Part shown: piece after piece, positions 49,821 through 62,814 of the stretch
Layout: every line of letters starts with the position of its first letter
How positions within the stretch are numbered: position 1 is the first letter of the stretch
Assembly (NCBI GenBank): GCA_013239625.1
Contig: MU054001.1
Location: 2,920,151-2,984,150, forward strand
DNA: 64,000 nucleotides
Reading direction: 5' to 3'
Source: Lama guanicoe
Taxonomy: Eukaryota
Made by a program: the position numbers and the translations under genes
The notes under the pieces: model-generated
Seen by the model: only the letters and a program-made list of their open reading frames with translations
The model's database searches: none
Told to the model about the DNA's origin: nothing

Positions 49821-51044
49821 GAACTCTCAGCTCACTCAGGACATGCCAAACCCCACTCAGGTCTTGCTTGAGTAATTGGGCAGGAGCTCCTGAAAAAGCA
49901 GTAATTGTGGAAGAACCAGCAGATGGAAAGGGAGCGTGTCAGAAATTCAGGAGTGATTAAGAAGATGGAGGCAGGAAGTGTGGCAAGCCTGACCTGCCTG
50001 GCTACTGGGATTTTTTAATCACACTGAGTAGCAGAGCCCCGCGGTGTGGAAGGAGGACTCCCATGCAAATCCCACATCTGCTGCTGGGTCTCAAATCTTC
50101 AACTCTAAAACAAGGATTTGGGATTAAATTATCTCCAGGATCCCTTTCAGTGTTTTGTGATTGTACAATGATTACTCTACATGGTCAGTTCCCACCTAAA
50201 ATAATGAATAGGCCTAGGGAGCCACTCTTTTACAGTTTGCCCAGCATTGTCCTTGGTTCTGTTCAGCACACCACCGTTCTTACTCTTAGAAAGCTTGTCT
50301 AGTTTGGGGGGGGTGGAAAAAGCAGGTGAGAGGCTTGCAACACTAAAAAAATAAATTTTAACTCAGCATCAAAAAAAAAAAAAAAAAGAAAGAAAGAAAA
50401 AAGAAATTGAGGAGAGGAAAAGGCAGTAATAGTCAATGTCTGACTGAATGGGTGAGAGCACAGGTATTTGCTTCCCAGGAAACATGGGACAGGGTGAGAG
50501 GTTGGGGAGGAGGCTGGGAGCCTTGCGGGGTAATAGAGTTGTCAAGAACAAAAGCAAAAACAATAATCAAAATACTACATTAAAAAAATTACAGGCCTTG
50601 GGATGCCTAGGAGCCATAGGAACTTGGGAGAATTTTGCTAAATGGTTCCAGAAGTTTTAGGAACTGAGGTGGATGAGCCCAGAAACCTCCCTTACAAGTC
50701 AAGATAGGTGGCTGAAGCCAGAGCTCTGAGCACCACTGATAGCTGTGATCTTTCTTTAAGGTGAAGGTTTCTCCATTAAAGTGTCCCATGAAGATAGGTG
50801 GCCAATAATAAGAAATTTCTGTAGAGCTGCTATAAGTCTCATATAAGAACCAAGATAAGATGGACACTGTCAATAGCTCCAGGAAAAAAACAGTAAGTTA
50901 TTTTCATGGTAAATGAAAGTGACAATTTAGAGGAAATGTCATGATTTAGTGTATTGAAAATTATAATTACTTATTGAATTATGTTAACTATTGAGTTTTG
51001 TGATGGATTCGATTATAAGGAAGAGAAGACAACTTTCTCCAGCA

Positions 51045-51224
51045 GTATGAAATAAAACTGGTCGGCTCTGGGGTTAAGTCCAAACCTGACCTTAGCTGTG
51101 AGATCTTAAACAAGTGACTTAATCTCTCCAAGCATTAACTTCCCATAGTACTAACCTTAGAGGATTTTTGCAAGGAATGCATGAGACAAACTGATAAGCA
51201 TTTAGAACAGCACCTGTCTCATAG
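51045..51224 (+). mobile_element. MIR SINE whose tail is interrupted by MLT1D
   Basis: TTAGCTGTGAGATCTTAAACAAGTGACTTAATCTCTC...AAGCATTTAGAACAGCACCTGTCTCATAG; resumes TGCTTAAT...TATTATTAT at ~51690. Confidence 0.7.
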
Positions 51225-51689
51225 TATATCAGTTTTCTGCTGCTGCTGTAACAAATGACCACAAATGTATTGGCTTAAAACAACATAAAGTTATCATCCT
51301 ACCGTTTTGCAGGGTGGAAGTCTGACACTGGGCTCCAGTGAAGGCGCTGGCATTCCTCCCTGTCAGCTCCAGGGGAGAATGCACTTCCTTGCCTTTTCCT
51401 TCTAGAGGCTGCCTACATTCCTTGGCTCATAGCCCCTTTCCTCCATCTTCAGAACAGCAACATTCCATCTCTGACCATTCTGTCATGATTATGTCTCCCT
51501 CTGACCTGATTTTAAAGACCTTTATGATTGCATTGGACCCATCTGGATAATCTAGGCTGTTCTCCCCATTTCAAGGTCTTTAACTTGATCATATCTGCAA
51601 AGCCCCTTCTGTCATTAATGTAGCGTCTTCATAGATTTCAGGGACTAGGTAATAGATATCTTTGGGGCTCCATTATTCTGCCCACCACG
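51225..51689 (-). mobile_element. MLT1D/MLT1C-like MaLR solo LTR, near full length
   Basis: GCTGCTGTAACAAATGACCACAAA...GGCTTAAAACAACA...CATTATTCTGCCCACCAC. Confidence 0.88.
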
Positions 51690-51899
51690 TGCTTAATCCA
51701 TACATTATTATTATGAAGTGACTTGCCAGATGCCAAAACAGATGAAGTATTTTTCAAGGCTACAAAATAACTTGTAGAGGTAATCTTTCTGAAGGGAGGG
51801 ATAAGAGTATGTATTTTATAGCATTTAAATTAAGAAAACAAAGGACACTGACTTCGATTACAAACCTCTCTTGCCTATGAATTTATTTTCTCAGTTTAA

Positions 51900-52130
51900 T
51901 TAGTCGTTAGCATTTATGGGGTGTCTATCACATGCCAGACATTATTTTAGGATTTTTCTTTCATATACACTATCTCATTTAATACTCACAGCAACCTGTG
52001 ACATACAGAAAATTATCTTCTTAGGGACAATGACAAAACAGACTCAAAGAAGTGAAGTAACATTCCCAGGCTACTCAGAGAGGAGGTGGCATAGCTGAGA
52101 TGTGTCTAGGCATTGAGATCCATTCTCTTC
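51900..52130 (-). mobile_element. MIR SINE
   Basis: TCTCATTTAATACTCACAGCAACCTGTGA...AGACTCAAAGAAGTGAAGTAACATTCCCAGG. Confidence 0.75.
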
Positions 52131-53240
52131 AGTGCAGCCCAATGGCAGAAAGAATGCCTTTTCCAGTTAACTGGTGCATCTTTGAGGTGGGACTTGGGCC
52201 TGGAGAACCACATTTTCTCTCCAAAGGCCAATTCAGGGACTGGATTCTAAGCAGCCTCCCATAAGTCCATTCTTGTCATTGTTTGGGGATCAGAGAGGAT
52301 GTCTGAGCCCAAAGGCCAATAACCCTCAACGTGGGTAAAGCACTGTAATACTCATCAACGTGACCCCCATCCTTGGCATATGCTTCTCCCCTGTGATAAT
52401 AACTGGGCCCCATCAAAAGCCAATGTAGCCCTGTCCCCCAAAAGCGTGACCACCCAAATCAGCATTCAGGCTACATTCCAACCTTTCTCTGTGAGTAGAA
52501 GCCAGAATTATTTGTGACTTGCTGCTTTTCTACAAGACCATATAAAATTTCACACTTATGATGAATGCCTTTGGACTAGGGTTTCATAAAGCCATTTAGT
52601 GTATTAGAGTCTATTAACCAGCCTGAAATCATGACCCTCGTTTAGCAGTTATAGACTGTGGCAGCATTTAATCCATACTGGTTGATTTGTACAACATTTA
52701 TGATCTGAACTGGGTGCCTTAATGCCTACACTCATAATTATTGGCTTGAAATATGAGCAGCTGGAAAGCAGAACTGGCAGAGCACCATGTGATGCTGGTA
52801 GGAGAGACTGGGAAGCGCCAACACGTTTCCTGAAGAACAGATCAACTTGAATGTGGAGCGAATGGGAAGCTCAGTCGCAACTGTTCTTTAGGAGACTCTG
52901 GGTTGCCAGTGTCCGTGACCCCTTCCTCCTTCCTAACGAGATCCAGACTTTCTTCAGTCCCTGCAGACCCCAGGTGACTCAGGAGAAGCTGATTTTGCCA
53001 ATGATTGGTTCAGGAGCCCAGGCTAAAGCAATGAGCCCTCAAAGTTCTCCCAGTGACTGTTTTGTTCCAGGGACAAGCTCATGACCCATATTAACCCAAT
53101 CAGAATGAAGGCTAGGGCTGACATTCTGTAATTAAGGAAGAGGCTTCCTTTCACTCCTATGGACCTTACAGAAGACAATCTGCCTCCCCAGAGGCAGATT
53201 ATGCCCAGGCCAAAACCCAACTGGAAAAAAGTGGCTACAT

Positions 53241-53663
53241 GTGTATTATGAAGAGTCTGCATCTTACCCTATTTGCAAGCTAAAAAATTAGACTTGTTTA
53301 TGGATGCTGGAAGAAGACACAAGACTCCTGGTTCAGAGACAAAGGACTTTATACTCATGGCATAGCAAAAAAATGAGCATTTGCATATTTATATCTGACC
53401 CCTGAGCTGAATTCCATCAGGGTAATGCAAAAAGGGCCACATGATACATATGCACACCAAGAATCTTGAGCTTAGGGTACCTAAGTCTTTTATAATGGAC
53501 AGTCTGCACACCTGCCCTCCCTCACCTCTGGAAGGAGACACTATATCTTCCAAGGCTATTCCCTGTACAAACCTCCTTATAAATGTAGTCCAGAATACAG
53601 ACAGTCAGTGCCTCTGCTTGTGAGGTGTGCAGAAATGCCCATGCTGAATTAACTCCCAACTAA
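53241..53663 (-). mobile_element. ERVL-class solo LTR (MER54/MER74 group-like), apparently inside an older MLT1 remnant (~52885-53730)
   Basis: TG...CA ends; GATGCTGGAAGAAGACACAAGACTCCTGGTTCAGAGACAAAGGACTTTAT. Confidence 0.55.
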
Positions 53664-55149
53664 CAGCTGGCACATAAAAGAGGGTGGTACAAGAAAACAG
53701 CTGAAGAACAGAGCTGGAACCCTAACTGTGCTCTGATTACAGCTCACTATACCTTTTGACTTTCTATTAAGTGAGTTAACAAATTTCCTTTTTGTTTAAG
53801 ATAGTTTGGAAAAAGATTTCTTTGACTCACAGCTGAAGTATAGTAACTGATCAACCAACCAGTGGTCTGTGTTCTGTAGGGATCTCCAGGGTTCTTAACT
53901 CTTGAAAGAGAACTGATCTCAGCCACTAAGTAGGGCATTTATTAAGTTGTATCTGTCTTTGGGAGGGAAAACTCTCTCTGATCTCTACTTGGATTATTTG
54001 ATGCCTCAGTCAACAGTACTGAGATTAAACCCAAAGGGTGACTTTTATCAAAAGGCAAAGATTGAGGGAACCACTGTGATTTCTCAACTTAACAATTCTA
54101 TGACCAAATCATATAAGATGTTATACAAAGGCTAAGGTATCAGAATCCTTCTGAAACTGACACTCAGCATTAGACATTGAGTCTCTCCACTGTTCATAAC
54201 TATCACTCCATCAAAGAGCTTATTAAGCCACTAATGTCAGACTGCTGCTTGAGAGAATATTTCTCCCTATCTAAGCATAAGGCTGTATATTTAAGAATAT
54301 TAGACTATGAGGGTGTCCCTGAAACAGGGTCCGTGGAGTTTAGTAGAGCCAGAAGTTCCTCCTGGTACCATTGAAGGATGGCCATCTTGGACCTGGCCTA
54401 CTGCAGCAGGAAAAAGACACCATCAGGTGGTGCGTGGCCTCACATGCTAGAAGATTCTCAAATTTACATCCACAGTCACAGAGATATGCTAACAGATCAG
54501 AAAGAAAAAGCCAGTGAGCTTACAGTTGTAAACCTGTGCCCCATTACTGAACCATCCTGCCTATACAGCCTTATAAATGATTACTTTTATTATATCTGTA
54601 TTTATCTTCTCATCAGCACAGTCAGAAACAATTACGTTGGTGGTGGTGGTGGTGTGTGTTAAAGGCCCTAATTTATTAAGGGTAAACAGTAAAAATATGT
54701 TATAATTATATACCTATTTTAAAATTTATACATTTTTAAATACAGTTGGAGCCTCAAAAATCAGAAGGGGATTGGCCTCTCTGCCAGAGAGGCCCTGCTT
54801 GTAATGACTATGTAAAAGCACTTTGTAAACTGTAAAAACTCCTACATGTGTTACCCATTATCTAACTCATCTGTTACTCAGGCTGCTGGAGGGGCGTGGG
54901 GGCCAACACTCCTGGGCGGGCCTGCAGTGTCCCTTGAGAGCAAGGTCAGTCGGTATTAGAAACACTCACTTGGGCTCGCCTGTGGCCCTGAGCCTCAGAG
55001 GATAGTTCAGGGCTACCTCATTTCTTGCCCACCCCCAGGGAACCCATTTCACTGAAGACTCCAAGTCCCAAGCACGTCTCTTGGGGAGGCAGGGCATTGC
55101 TCAGAAGTGGGCATTTATTCTTTACAAAGTGCCGAGGCGAATCAGGGGC

Positions 55150-55900
55150 ACCTCAGTCTCTTTCCTCTGCTTTTCATGCCCATAATATGCTGCATTCTTC
55201 AAATGGTATTAATAGCGCACAGCAGCTGGAGGGGGAGGTACAGGAGGAATGTCTCTCCCCTCAGTAAATGAGAAGCGCTGGCATAAAAGCTCTGTTTAAG
55301 GGCATTCTTCCTACACGCTGCTCATCTGGTAATTTTTTAAATCAGTTTTTAAGAATCGAGGTGGCCGAGTCAGACCACTCCGACTTTATGTGCAATGATG
55401 TTGTCGCTATTAGAGCTGAGATGCATCTCAAAGGTTCTGTCTGTACTTTTCTAACCTGAAACCCCCTTCTCTCTGCCGAGCTTTCCCAGAGAGGACGTTT
55501 TAGCCCGGCATTATATAAACTTCTAAAATAGTAGGTGAATGTGAAAGGTCAATAGGATCTAACTTGGCAGCAGAGTTGCTTAGTGGATGTGCCATCACAG
55601 TGGTGGAATTACTTCACTTAGAAAAAATGCTTTATTTTGTGAAGCTCTTTTGTCATCTAAGAAGGGAGGAAAAAGGAAGGACAGCCAGGGCTCAGCTCAA
55701 ATTTAAGTAGCAGCCAGTGTTTGCAAGATACTTTCAATTAGATTTGGAGAGAGGAAAAAAAGTATTTTAAATGATTATTATGCAGGGCTTCATGTTAATA
55801 GGACCCTAAAGGTGTGGTTATGGGGAGGGTTTGGTCTGGGAGGGATGTAATATTGAACTGAAATTAATGGGACAGGCAATTAGCATGATTAAGAAGTGGG
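55150..55900. promoter_or_regulatory. Candidate conserved non-coding element/enhancer
   Basis: Repeat-free with many CpGs; CATAAAA, TTTATG, TTAAATCA, TATTAATA, CAGCTG, CATCTG. Confidence 0.4.
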
Positions 55901-56879
55901 TAATGGTCGAGTGAAAAGAAGACTGGCTTAAGGAACTCATCCAGCCCTAGTTCTCTCATACCTCTGTGAACTAAAGCTAGCCACTCTGAACCCTGGTTTT
56001 CTCATCTAGATCATATTATTCCTCTTACAGGATAATTAGAAGAGGATTAAATAAAATAAATGTACATTACCTTCTAAAGCGGTATTAACCATACAAATGT
56101 TGGCTCTCGTTTGCTCTTTATAATGCATGGGAGAGTCACAAGATGGGGGTCTCTCTTCCCGTGTAGGCTATTCGATCAGTTCCCATGCAGGCTGCCTTAG
56201 AGAGCTGGGAGACAATTCAGCCAGAGGCCTCCGAAAATGGTGCTACTAACTGTAGATACCAAAGAGTCATGTTGCTAGACTTCCACTTCCTTCCAGGGAG
56301 GGAAAGATGCAAAGTTGGGTACTTACCCAGTGAAAAGTTCCCATTTGTAGAAACAAATATAAGCAAGGGGATGGATTGATGCCTTTAAGAACCCAAGCTT
56401 TCTTTTTTGGACTCCTGCTAACAGATATCCTTGTATCTCTTTAAAAATAAATTGGAGTGGCAAGGGGAGGCCTGTGGCTAAGGAGAACTGGGATCTCTGA
56501 GCAGTGTCCCCAGAGGTGTTTTGTCCCAGCATTGGGAAAGGAGCAACCTTGGAGTGGCTGCCCATCACCTCCGATCCTGGGAGAGTGAAGATGTGCCAGC
56601 CTGCCTGGACTGCTTGAGGATGTTCTGTAGTGTGATTAGAGTTCACCAGCCAAGGCTAGGTTTGAGCACAGTGAGGCTGAAACTGTTAAGAGTCTCATTA
56701 TCCCTCTCATTGGGCTCCAAATTAGGATTTGAAAGAAAGTACTTGAACAAAATTATATTTTAGGAAATTGGCATTTACATAAAAGTAGTTATAAGGCTGT
56801 TACTGGAATCATGGCACATAGGGGATCAAAGACAAAAATGTAAGAATGCATTAATAAGAATAGCAGAACATTTCCATAA

Positions 56880-57110
56880 TATTATTATCAATAATAAAAC
56901 ATTTGTATGACATTTTACAGGTTATAAAATTCCTTCACATATTATTTCATTTAATTCATAGTATTTCCCTGCAAATTGAAGAATGTTTGTCACTTGAAGG
57001 GATACTGAGGCTCAGAGATTACACTGTATGGGCAGATCACACAGCCAGTGGTGGAGTAGGAATCCACAGGTAGGTCTTGAATGCCAAATTTAAACCCCTT
57101 TTCACCACAT
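56880..57110 (-). mobile_element. MIR SINE
   Basis: TTCACATATTATTTCATTTAATTC...ACTGAGGCTCAGAG...TCACACAGCCAGTGG. Confidence 0.7.
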
Positions 57111-57239
57111 CATAGATGGAAATTTCACAGGACAGCAAAGCCTGGAATATACATGTACCTCATGGAAACGTTTACAGGTATTTCAACTTTAAAATAATTT
57201 ATGTGGTGTCAGGGAGTTTTTTTTTTTTAAATGATCAAT

Positions 57240-57590
57240 AAATACAAAAAATTCAGAAAAGCTTTCTTAGAGCCAGTATTACGAGAAAACCTAAGCCTGT
57301 TAGGAAATTGGTTATGAAATGGAATGTGGATATTAAAATGCCATAAACCTCATTAAAAACTCTAAATATGTAACTAGAATTTTTACTAAGTTCATAAAAA
57401 TTAATATTGGATACAGCATTTTTGTAAATCCTTGTGGTTCATGTGTCAATTACCTGGTTACTTAGTAACCAAGTAATCCAGTAACCAAGGAGTCAAGCCA
57501 TAGATTAAATAGTCCCCAACCAGGCAATAAAAAGGTCCCTGAGTACAAATTTGCAGAATTATGGTTTATTGTGTTAATAATCTCCCCATG
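57240..57590. mobile_element. Probable MER121 ancient conserved repeat
   Basis: ...AAATCCTTGTGGTTCATGTGTCAATTACCTGGTTACTTAGTAACCAAGTAATCCAGTAACCAAGGAGTCAAGCCAT...ATGGTTTATTGTGTTAATAATCTC matches my recollection of MER121; not verified. Confidence 0.55.
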
Positions 57591-57919
57591 TCTGTGGCTA
57601 GCCTTTCAAGGATGGGGCTGGCGAGTGTATGCTATTCAAGGACCTAACCATGGCTCTTGTTACTTTGTTATAGTACCTGCTTTTAAAAGAGGAAATTAAA
57701 CCACAGAGCACACTGTGGCTTAAACTCACTGGAGGAAATGAGAGAAGCTGAGCACACACCAAGCTGGATTTGGGATTCTAGGGAAATCCAGACTTAGGAT
57801 CTGAATTTGCACAAGAGCTGGTGATTTAGTGTTTCTCTGGTAAGGTTTTAGGACTGGGTTCATGTCTGATTCTCGAAGGGGTCCCTCACATAACTGATAA
57901 CACTCTGCAGTGATTCAAA

Positions 57920-58400
57920 GGTTCATTTAGTAGGTATTTGCTGGGGCCCTACTGTGTGCCAAGGACTGTGCTAGGCATGGGCAAAGCAATTTGAAGCAAG
58001 ACGTAACCATTCCGTGCCCTCAGAGTGTTCACCATACATGGAGAAGAGGTACATTAATCAAATAATCACATGAATAAATAAGTAGCAATAAATATGTAAC
58101 TGTGATCACTGTTCTGCAGTAAGAGTAGAGGATGCTGCAAGAGTGTCCAACTTTGTGATCGAATCAATTGGTGGGGGACGGTTATGGTGAGAGTTCCCCC
58201 AACAAACTATGCCATTTCAACAGAGGTGGAAATCTGTTAGGTGAGGAGGAATGGACCAGGGAAATGAAGATCAGGAAAGCAAACAAGCCACGGAAAGCAT
58301 TCCAGGAAGAGAAAGAGGCACATGCAAAGGCCCTGGGGGCAGGAGGAAGCATGGAATCTTTTAAACAATAAATAGAAAGAGCTAGCAGGGCTGAGTGCCA
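57920..58400 (-). mobile_element. L2 LINE fragment
   Basis: CCCTACTGTGTGCCAAGGACTGTGCTAGGC...GCATTCCAGGAAGAG...CATGCAAAGGCCCTGGGGGCAGGA. Confidence 0.8.
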
Positions 58401-58656
58401 TCAAGCCGGGCAGAAAGGCAGGGGACTCACTGTGCTTCAAACCAATGTGTGTGTTTTGCAGGAAATAGAAAAGGTTGGGAAAACAGAGTGTTATTTACCG
58501 TGGGAAGGCTAACTTTCCCAGCAGAAACAAACTCGTTCTGTTTTGTTTGATTTTTACCGTCCAAAGCTTACTGATCTTGGTTACAAGATCCATCTTTACA
58601 GTTCCATCCTGCCCATTGCTTCAGTGCTCCCAAAATCTCTCTCTGAACGAAGGGTT

Positions 58657-58766
58657 GGGGGGAGGGTATAGCTTAGTGGTAGAGTGCATGCGCAAGGTCC
58701 TGAGTTCAATGCCCAGTTCTATTAAAAAGGTAAATAAATAAATAACCTAATTACCTCCCCCCCCCC
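58657..58766 (+). mobile_element. Vic-1-type camelid tRNA-derived SINE
   Basis: GGGGGGAGGGTATAGCTTAGTGGTAGAG (A box 58669-58679), GTTCAATGCC (B box 58704-58713), tail AATAAATAAATAACCTAATTACCTCCCCCC. Confidence 0.85.
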
Positions 58767-59439
58767 AATTTTTTTTTTAAAGCCAGTGAATGGCTTGTGG
58801 ATGGAGTGAACAAATTATCAAAATTTCCATGGAAACAAGCATTACATAAATCCCAGATATTTTGTTGGCTACTAAGAGAAAATACTGTCTAAATAAAACC
58901 AGATTTCCTTTCCTGTCAGGATTTGTACCTACCCTGGGTGTCTTTATCTTGGTTCGGAATCTTGGACTATTTCATTTAGTTGAATAGTGACTACAGTACA
59001 ACCTGTAATTGGGTTCTGCTGCTTTGAATTGCGGGAGCATGGGTTTGGCAGTAAGACTCTGCCAGACCTCATGGAGGACACAGAAAAAGTAAGGTCACAG
59101 TCTCTGTACTGAAAATGCTGACCTCACAGTCTCAGTGGCAGGCTGACATCCAAAAACAAAGAAGATGCTGATCAAAGGCTGAGCTCACCCTAGGAGTGAC
59201 CAGGGAATTTCAAAGACATTTTTCCCCAATCCATTTTTAAGTTCATATGTTATGGTTTGGTTACTATTTTGATAGCTTAATTTTGCAATGGTACGATGCC
59301 TAGACTAGTGATTCCAGCACTTAGAATGTAATACCTTCCAAAAACACCCTTTGTCTTCCCATAATTTGTCATGAATTTGCTTTCAAAATCTACTTGCAAA
59401 AGTTGGGAAGATCTAGTGACTGTCTCTCATCAGGCGGGT

Positions 59440-59800
59440 AGCTGCATTCAGTTCATAGATGCAGCTCCCACTCTGTGCACAGTGTGGTGGGTGATCCAGA
59501 GGTGGACCACAGGAGTCCTCGTCGTCCAGGCAATCACAGCTGTTGGAGAGATTTGGATATGTAGCCCGAATACAACACAGACATGCGATAACAGAATTGT
59601 AAACCAAGTTGAGGGAGAACCAGGTGGGGAAATGAGTCATTCTCACTGAAACAATTAAGGACAGGTGTCATGGTGTAGTACACTTGCTTGGAAGACGTGC
59701 CAGAAGGTAGAAAAGGAAGGCATCCCTGATGGTGGAGCTAGAATGAGCAAATACAGAGATAAGAGCAAGGACCTTGAACCATCTAGTTGGAGACGGATGT
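59440..59800 (-). mobile_element. L2 fragment
   Basis: CATTCAGTTCATAGATGCAGCTCCCACTCTGTGCACAGTG...GGCATCCCTGATGGTGGAGCTAGAATGAGCAAA. Confidence 0.5.
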
Positions 59801-60204
59801 GCTTCAGTGGAAAAGACGCTTGTATGAAAAGTGTCAGCTTTACTGCCCCTCCTCCATCACCTGCCATTACTGCTCCTTTCTTTAGAGCAAGGAGCAGTCA
59901 CACACACACACACACACACACACAGACTTTCATTTTAGCTCTGAGCAGAATAGCTGATCACTAGGTAGAATGGTAAAATATAAGAACGAAGAAACTTGGT
60001 TTTAGTTTTATCCTTGCTCTAAAGGAGCTCGGTGAGCTTTGGAAAGACATTTTTACTTCAGAATCAGGAAACTGAACACATGAACAAGATCTCTTCTAGC
60101 TTAGAATGTTCTGATTCTTGAAGAGAGATGGAGACAGTAATAGAAAAATGTTTTTTGGTAGAATGAAGATAAGAAAATGTGACTTTCTTGGATATTGCCT
60201 GGAA

Positions 60205-60513
60205 AAACATAAAAGAAACCATAAATACAGAACAGAAATAGACTCATAGACATAGAATACAGACTTGTGATTGCCAAGGGGTTGGGGGGTGGGAAGAGAT
60301 AGACTGGGATTTCAAAATTGTAGAATAGATAAACAAGATTATACTGTATAGCACAGGGAAATATACACAAGATCTTATGGTAGTTCACAGAGAAAGGGAT
60401 GTGATAATGAATATATATATGTTCATGTATAATTGAAAAATTGTGCTCTACACTGGAATTTGACACAACATTGTAAAATGATCATAAATCAACAAAAACT
60501 GTTTTTAAAAAAA
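60205..60513 (+). mobile_element. Young camelid-type L1 3' end, 5'-truncated
   Basis: ACAGAAATAGACTCATAGACATAGAA...GTATAGCACAGGGAAATAT...TTGACACAACATTGTAAA plus A-rich tail. Confidence 0.88.
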
Positions 60514-60649
60514 GGCATGACATGATGGAGGTATTAGCTAATGCAACAGTGGCATTCATCTTGCAATATATATATATATATATATGGAAAGAGATATGGG
60601 CTAGAGCCAGATCAGATCCTAGGAGAGAATATGATAATTTCTTCAGACA

Positions 60650-60880
60650 CTGCAGTATAGTGAAGAGGCTTTTAGATGTACTTGCTTTCAATTCTATCTC
60701 TGACATTTAGTAGCTGAATGTCTTAGGTGAGTTAACTTTGCTGAGATACAGTTTCTCCATCCATAAAATTGGGATGATTATCACACCCACTGTTTTCAAT
60801 GAAGAAGTATTAAGTGCCTCTCAAGTAACCAAGGCTGGGCATAAAATAGGCATTGGCGGTAAAATATTCATTTTGTAAAT
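60650..60880 (+). mobile_element. MIR SINE
   Basis: TAGTAGCTGAATGTCTTAGGTGAGTTAAC...CAGTTTCTCCATCCATAAAATTGGGATGAT. Confidence 0.7.
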
Positions 60881-61789
60881 ATGAGTTAGTCATATACACA
60901 CACTCCCAGAGCTCCCGGAGCCTACGATCTCAAGGGCAGGTGGACATGCAAGTGAACTGAGTGCTGGGACAAGGAAGCATTGGAGTAGGGAACTCACGAA
61001 CAGTTACGGGAAGACAGAAAGGAAGGATCTGCCCCTACCTGAGGTCAAGGAATGCTTCCTGATGGGAGTGAGTGAGAACAGGGCACTGTTGGGGTGTGAA
61101 AAATGTTCCCAATAGAGGGAAAAGGCTCGTGTAAGAAAAATATATAGATTCTGCGTGTCAAGTGCCTAGTAGGGTGCCTGATAGATAAAGAGACCCAATA
61201 AAAAATAGCTAAATAGGATGTTAGTACTTTCCTGGTGTGTGGGGGGCAATTAACTTCACCTTGATGACCGCTTTTTACAACCAGTGTGTACCTGCGGTGC
61301 TTGTCAGCCTGCTTTGCTTGTCTATGGCGGTAAGTAAGGGAGGAAGGCTTCCTGTATTTGTGCTGGCAGCCTAGAACCGAGCAGAAGTCTGTCCGAATCT
61401 GACAGAGATGAATGTGTGAAGGTCTGTCCCCGGGCTCCGCAGACACGCGGGTGATCTCAGGTCTCCTGGTCACAGAGCTCACAAAGTTAGGAAAATGCTC
61501 TCCGTTTAACTGGAAAACATAAAAATTCAAATCCTGGCCTCATAAATGTGAGTAAACAGTTTAATGACTTGCTTTAACTAGAAAGTAATCAAATATAAAT
61601 GCAGGTATGCTACTCATTTGCATCTCTTTCCATGTGGGTGAATAAAAATAGAAATGCCGTAGGCGTGATATTGGCTAAATGAACTTGTCTTTGGATTTTT
61701 GTTATGAAATACAAAGCCGTGGTGATTTTCCATGCTGTGCTCATCGTCGGCACTCATTTCCAGCTAGGCAGAGGGGCTCTTTCATAGAT

Positions 61790-62010
61790 TTTGCTGTCAC
61801 AGGATCTGCCTTTGATTCTACCAATATGTAGAAACTTGTGGGAGTGACTTATCTAAGCCTGCTTCCCCATCTATTAAAAGGGGATGCTAATGTCTACCTA
61901 ACACCAACTTAAATACATAATTGTTCAGCCAGACTCTCTAGGACACTCATGGCCCTAGTTAGCACAGTGTCTGGTATACAGTAGAATTTAAATAAGTGTT
62001 AGTTCCTCTT
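61790..62010 (+). mobile_element. MIR SINE
   Basis: CTAAGCCTGCTTCCCCATCTATTAAAAGGGGATGCTAATG...TTAGCACAGTGTCTGGTATACAGTAG. Confidence 0.65.
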
Positions 62011-62814
62011 CCCTTCCTAGGGGTGACCTTCCTGTTTTCATCTTCCTCTAGAACATGAATTGGTTCAGCTCACCTTGATTATGGTGTGAAATGACAAAGA
62101 CATATATTTAAGACTATGCATATTAGTACATACACATATTCATCTAATGATTTGTATATTGATATGCCTATTAATAGATGTATTTGTCTAAGAAAATGCA
62201 TAACCATATCTGTGTTAGTACATGTATATTCTTAGATGCGAAATTGGATTTTGCACATAAGTCAAGGCTTTCATTTCTCCAACATAAGTTGCAAGGATGG
62301 CTGGGTGGTCTCCAAGGCTTCTGATAGACCCAGAACCCTTGGTTCAAGTATCAGATGCCCTGAACTAGCTGTGTCATTAGTAGTCTTAAGAGGGAGAAGG
62401 CCACCTTTTGCTTACAAGTCAACTTGGAGCAAAAGGCATTTCAGAAGCCCCTTGTTTGGACCACGCTGAGACCCATTTCTGCAGGACTGAATTTAGAAGG
62501 TGGCAGCATTCAGTACTCTGAACCTTGTGTCTGACTTGGGGGTTCTGCATACTGAAAGCTCCCTATGCACCTAGCAGTCCCCAGATGACATTTCCTATGT
62601 GCCATCATCTTCTATAATCTCAGTCTTCATAAAAATCAGTGTTTATTGTCACTGGATGTCCACCTAATGTATTTCTTCAGCTAGACCTCTCACCTGAACT
62701 ATGGCTGTAACCTCTTAACTGGTTTTTGGTGTTACCTTTCTCTAATTTGTTCTAGCATCCACTGCCTAGACAGCTTGTATTCTCTGCTGCTCCAAATTTT
62801 CCCATGACATAGCA

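Noticed and set aside
58657..58720. tRNA gene
   Set aside because: A and B boxes are present, but the anticodon arm is shortened, there is no matching acceptor stem, and a SINE-specific tail follows.
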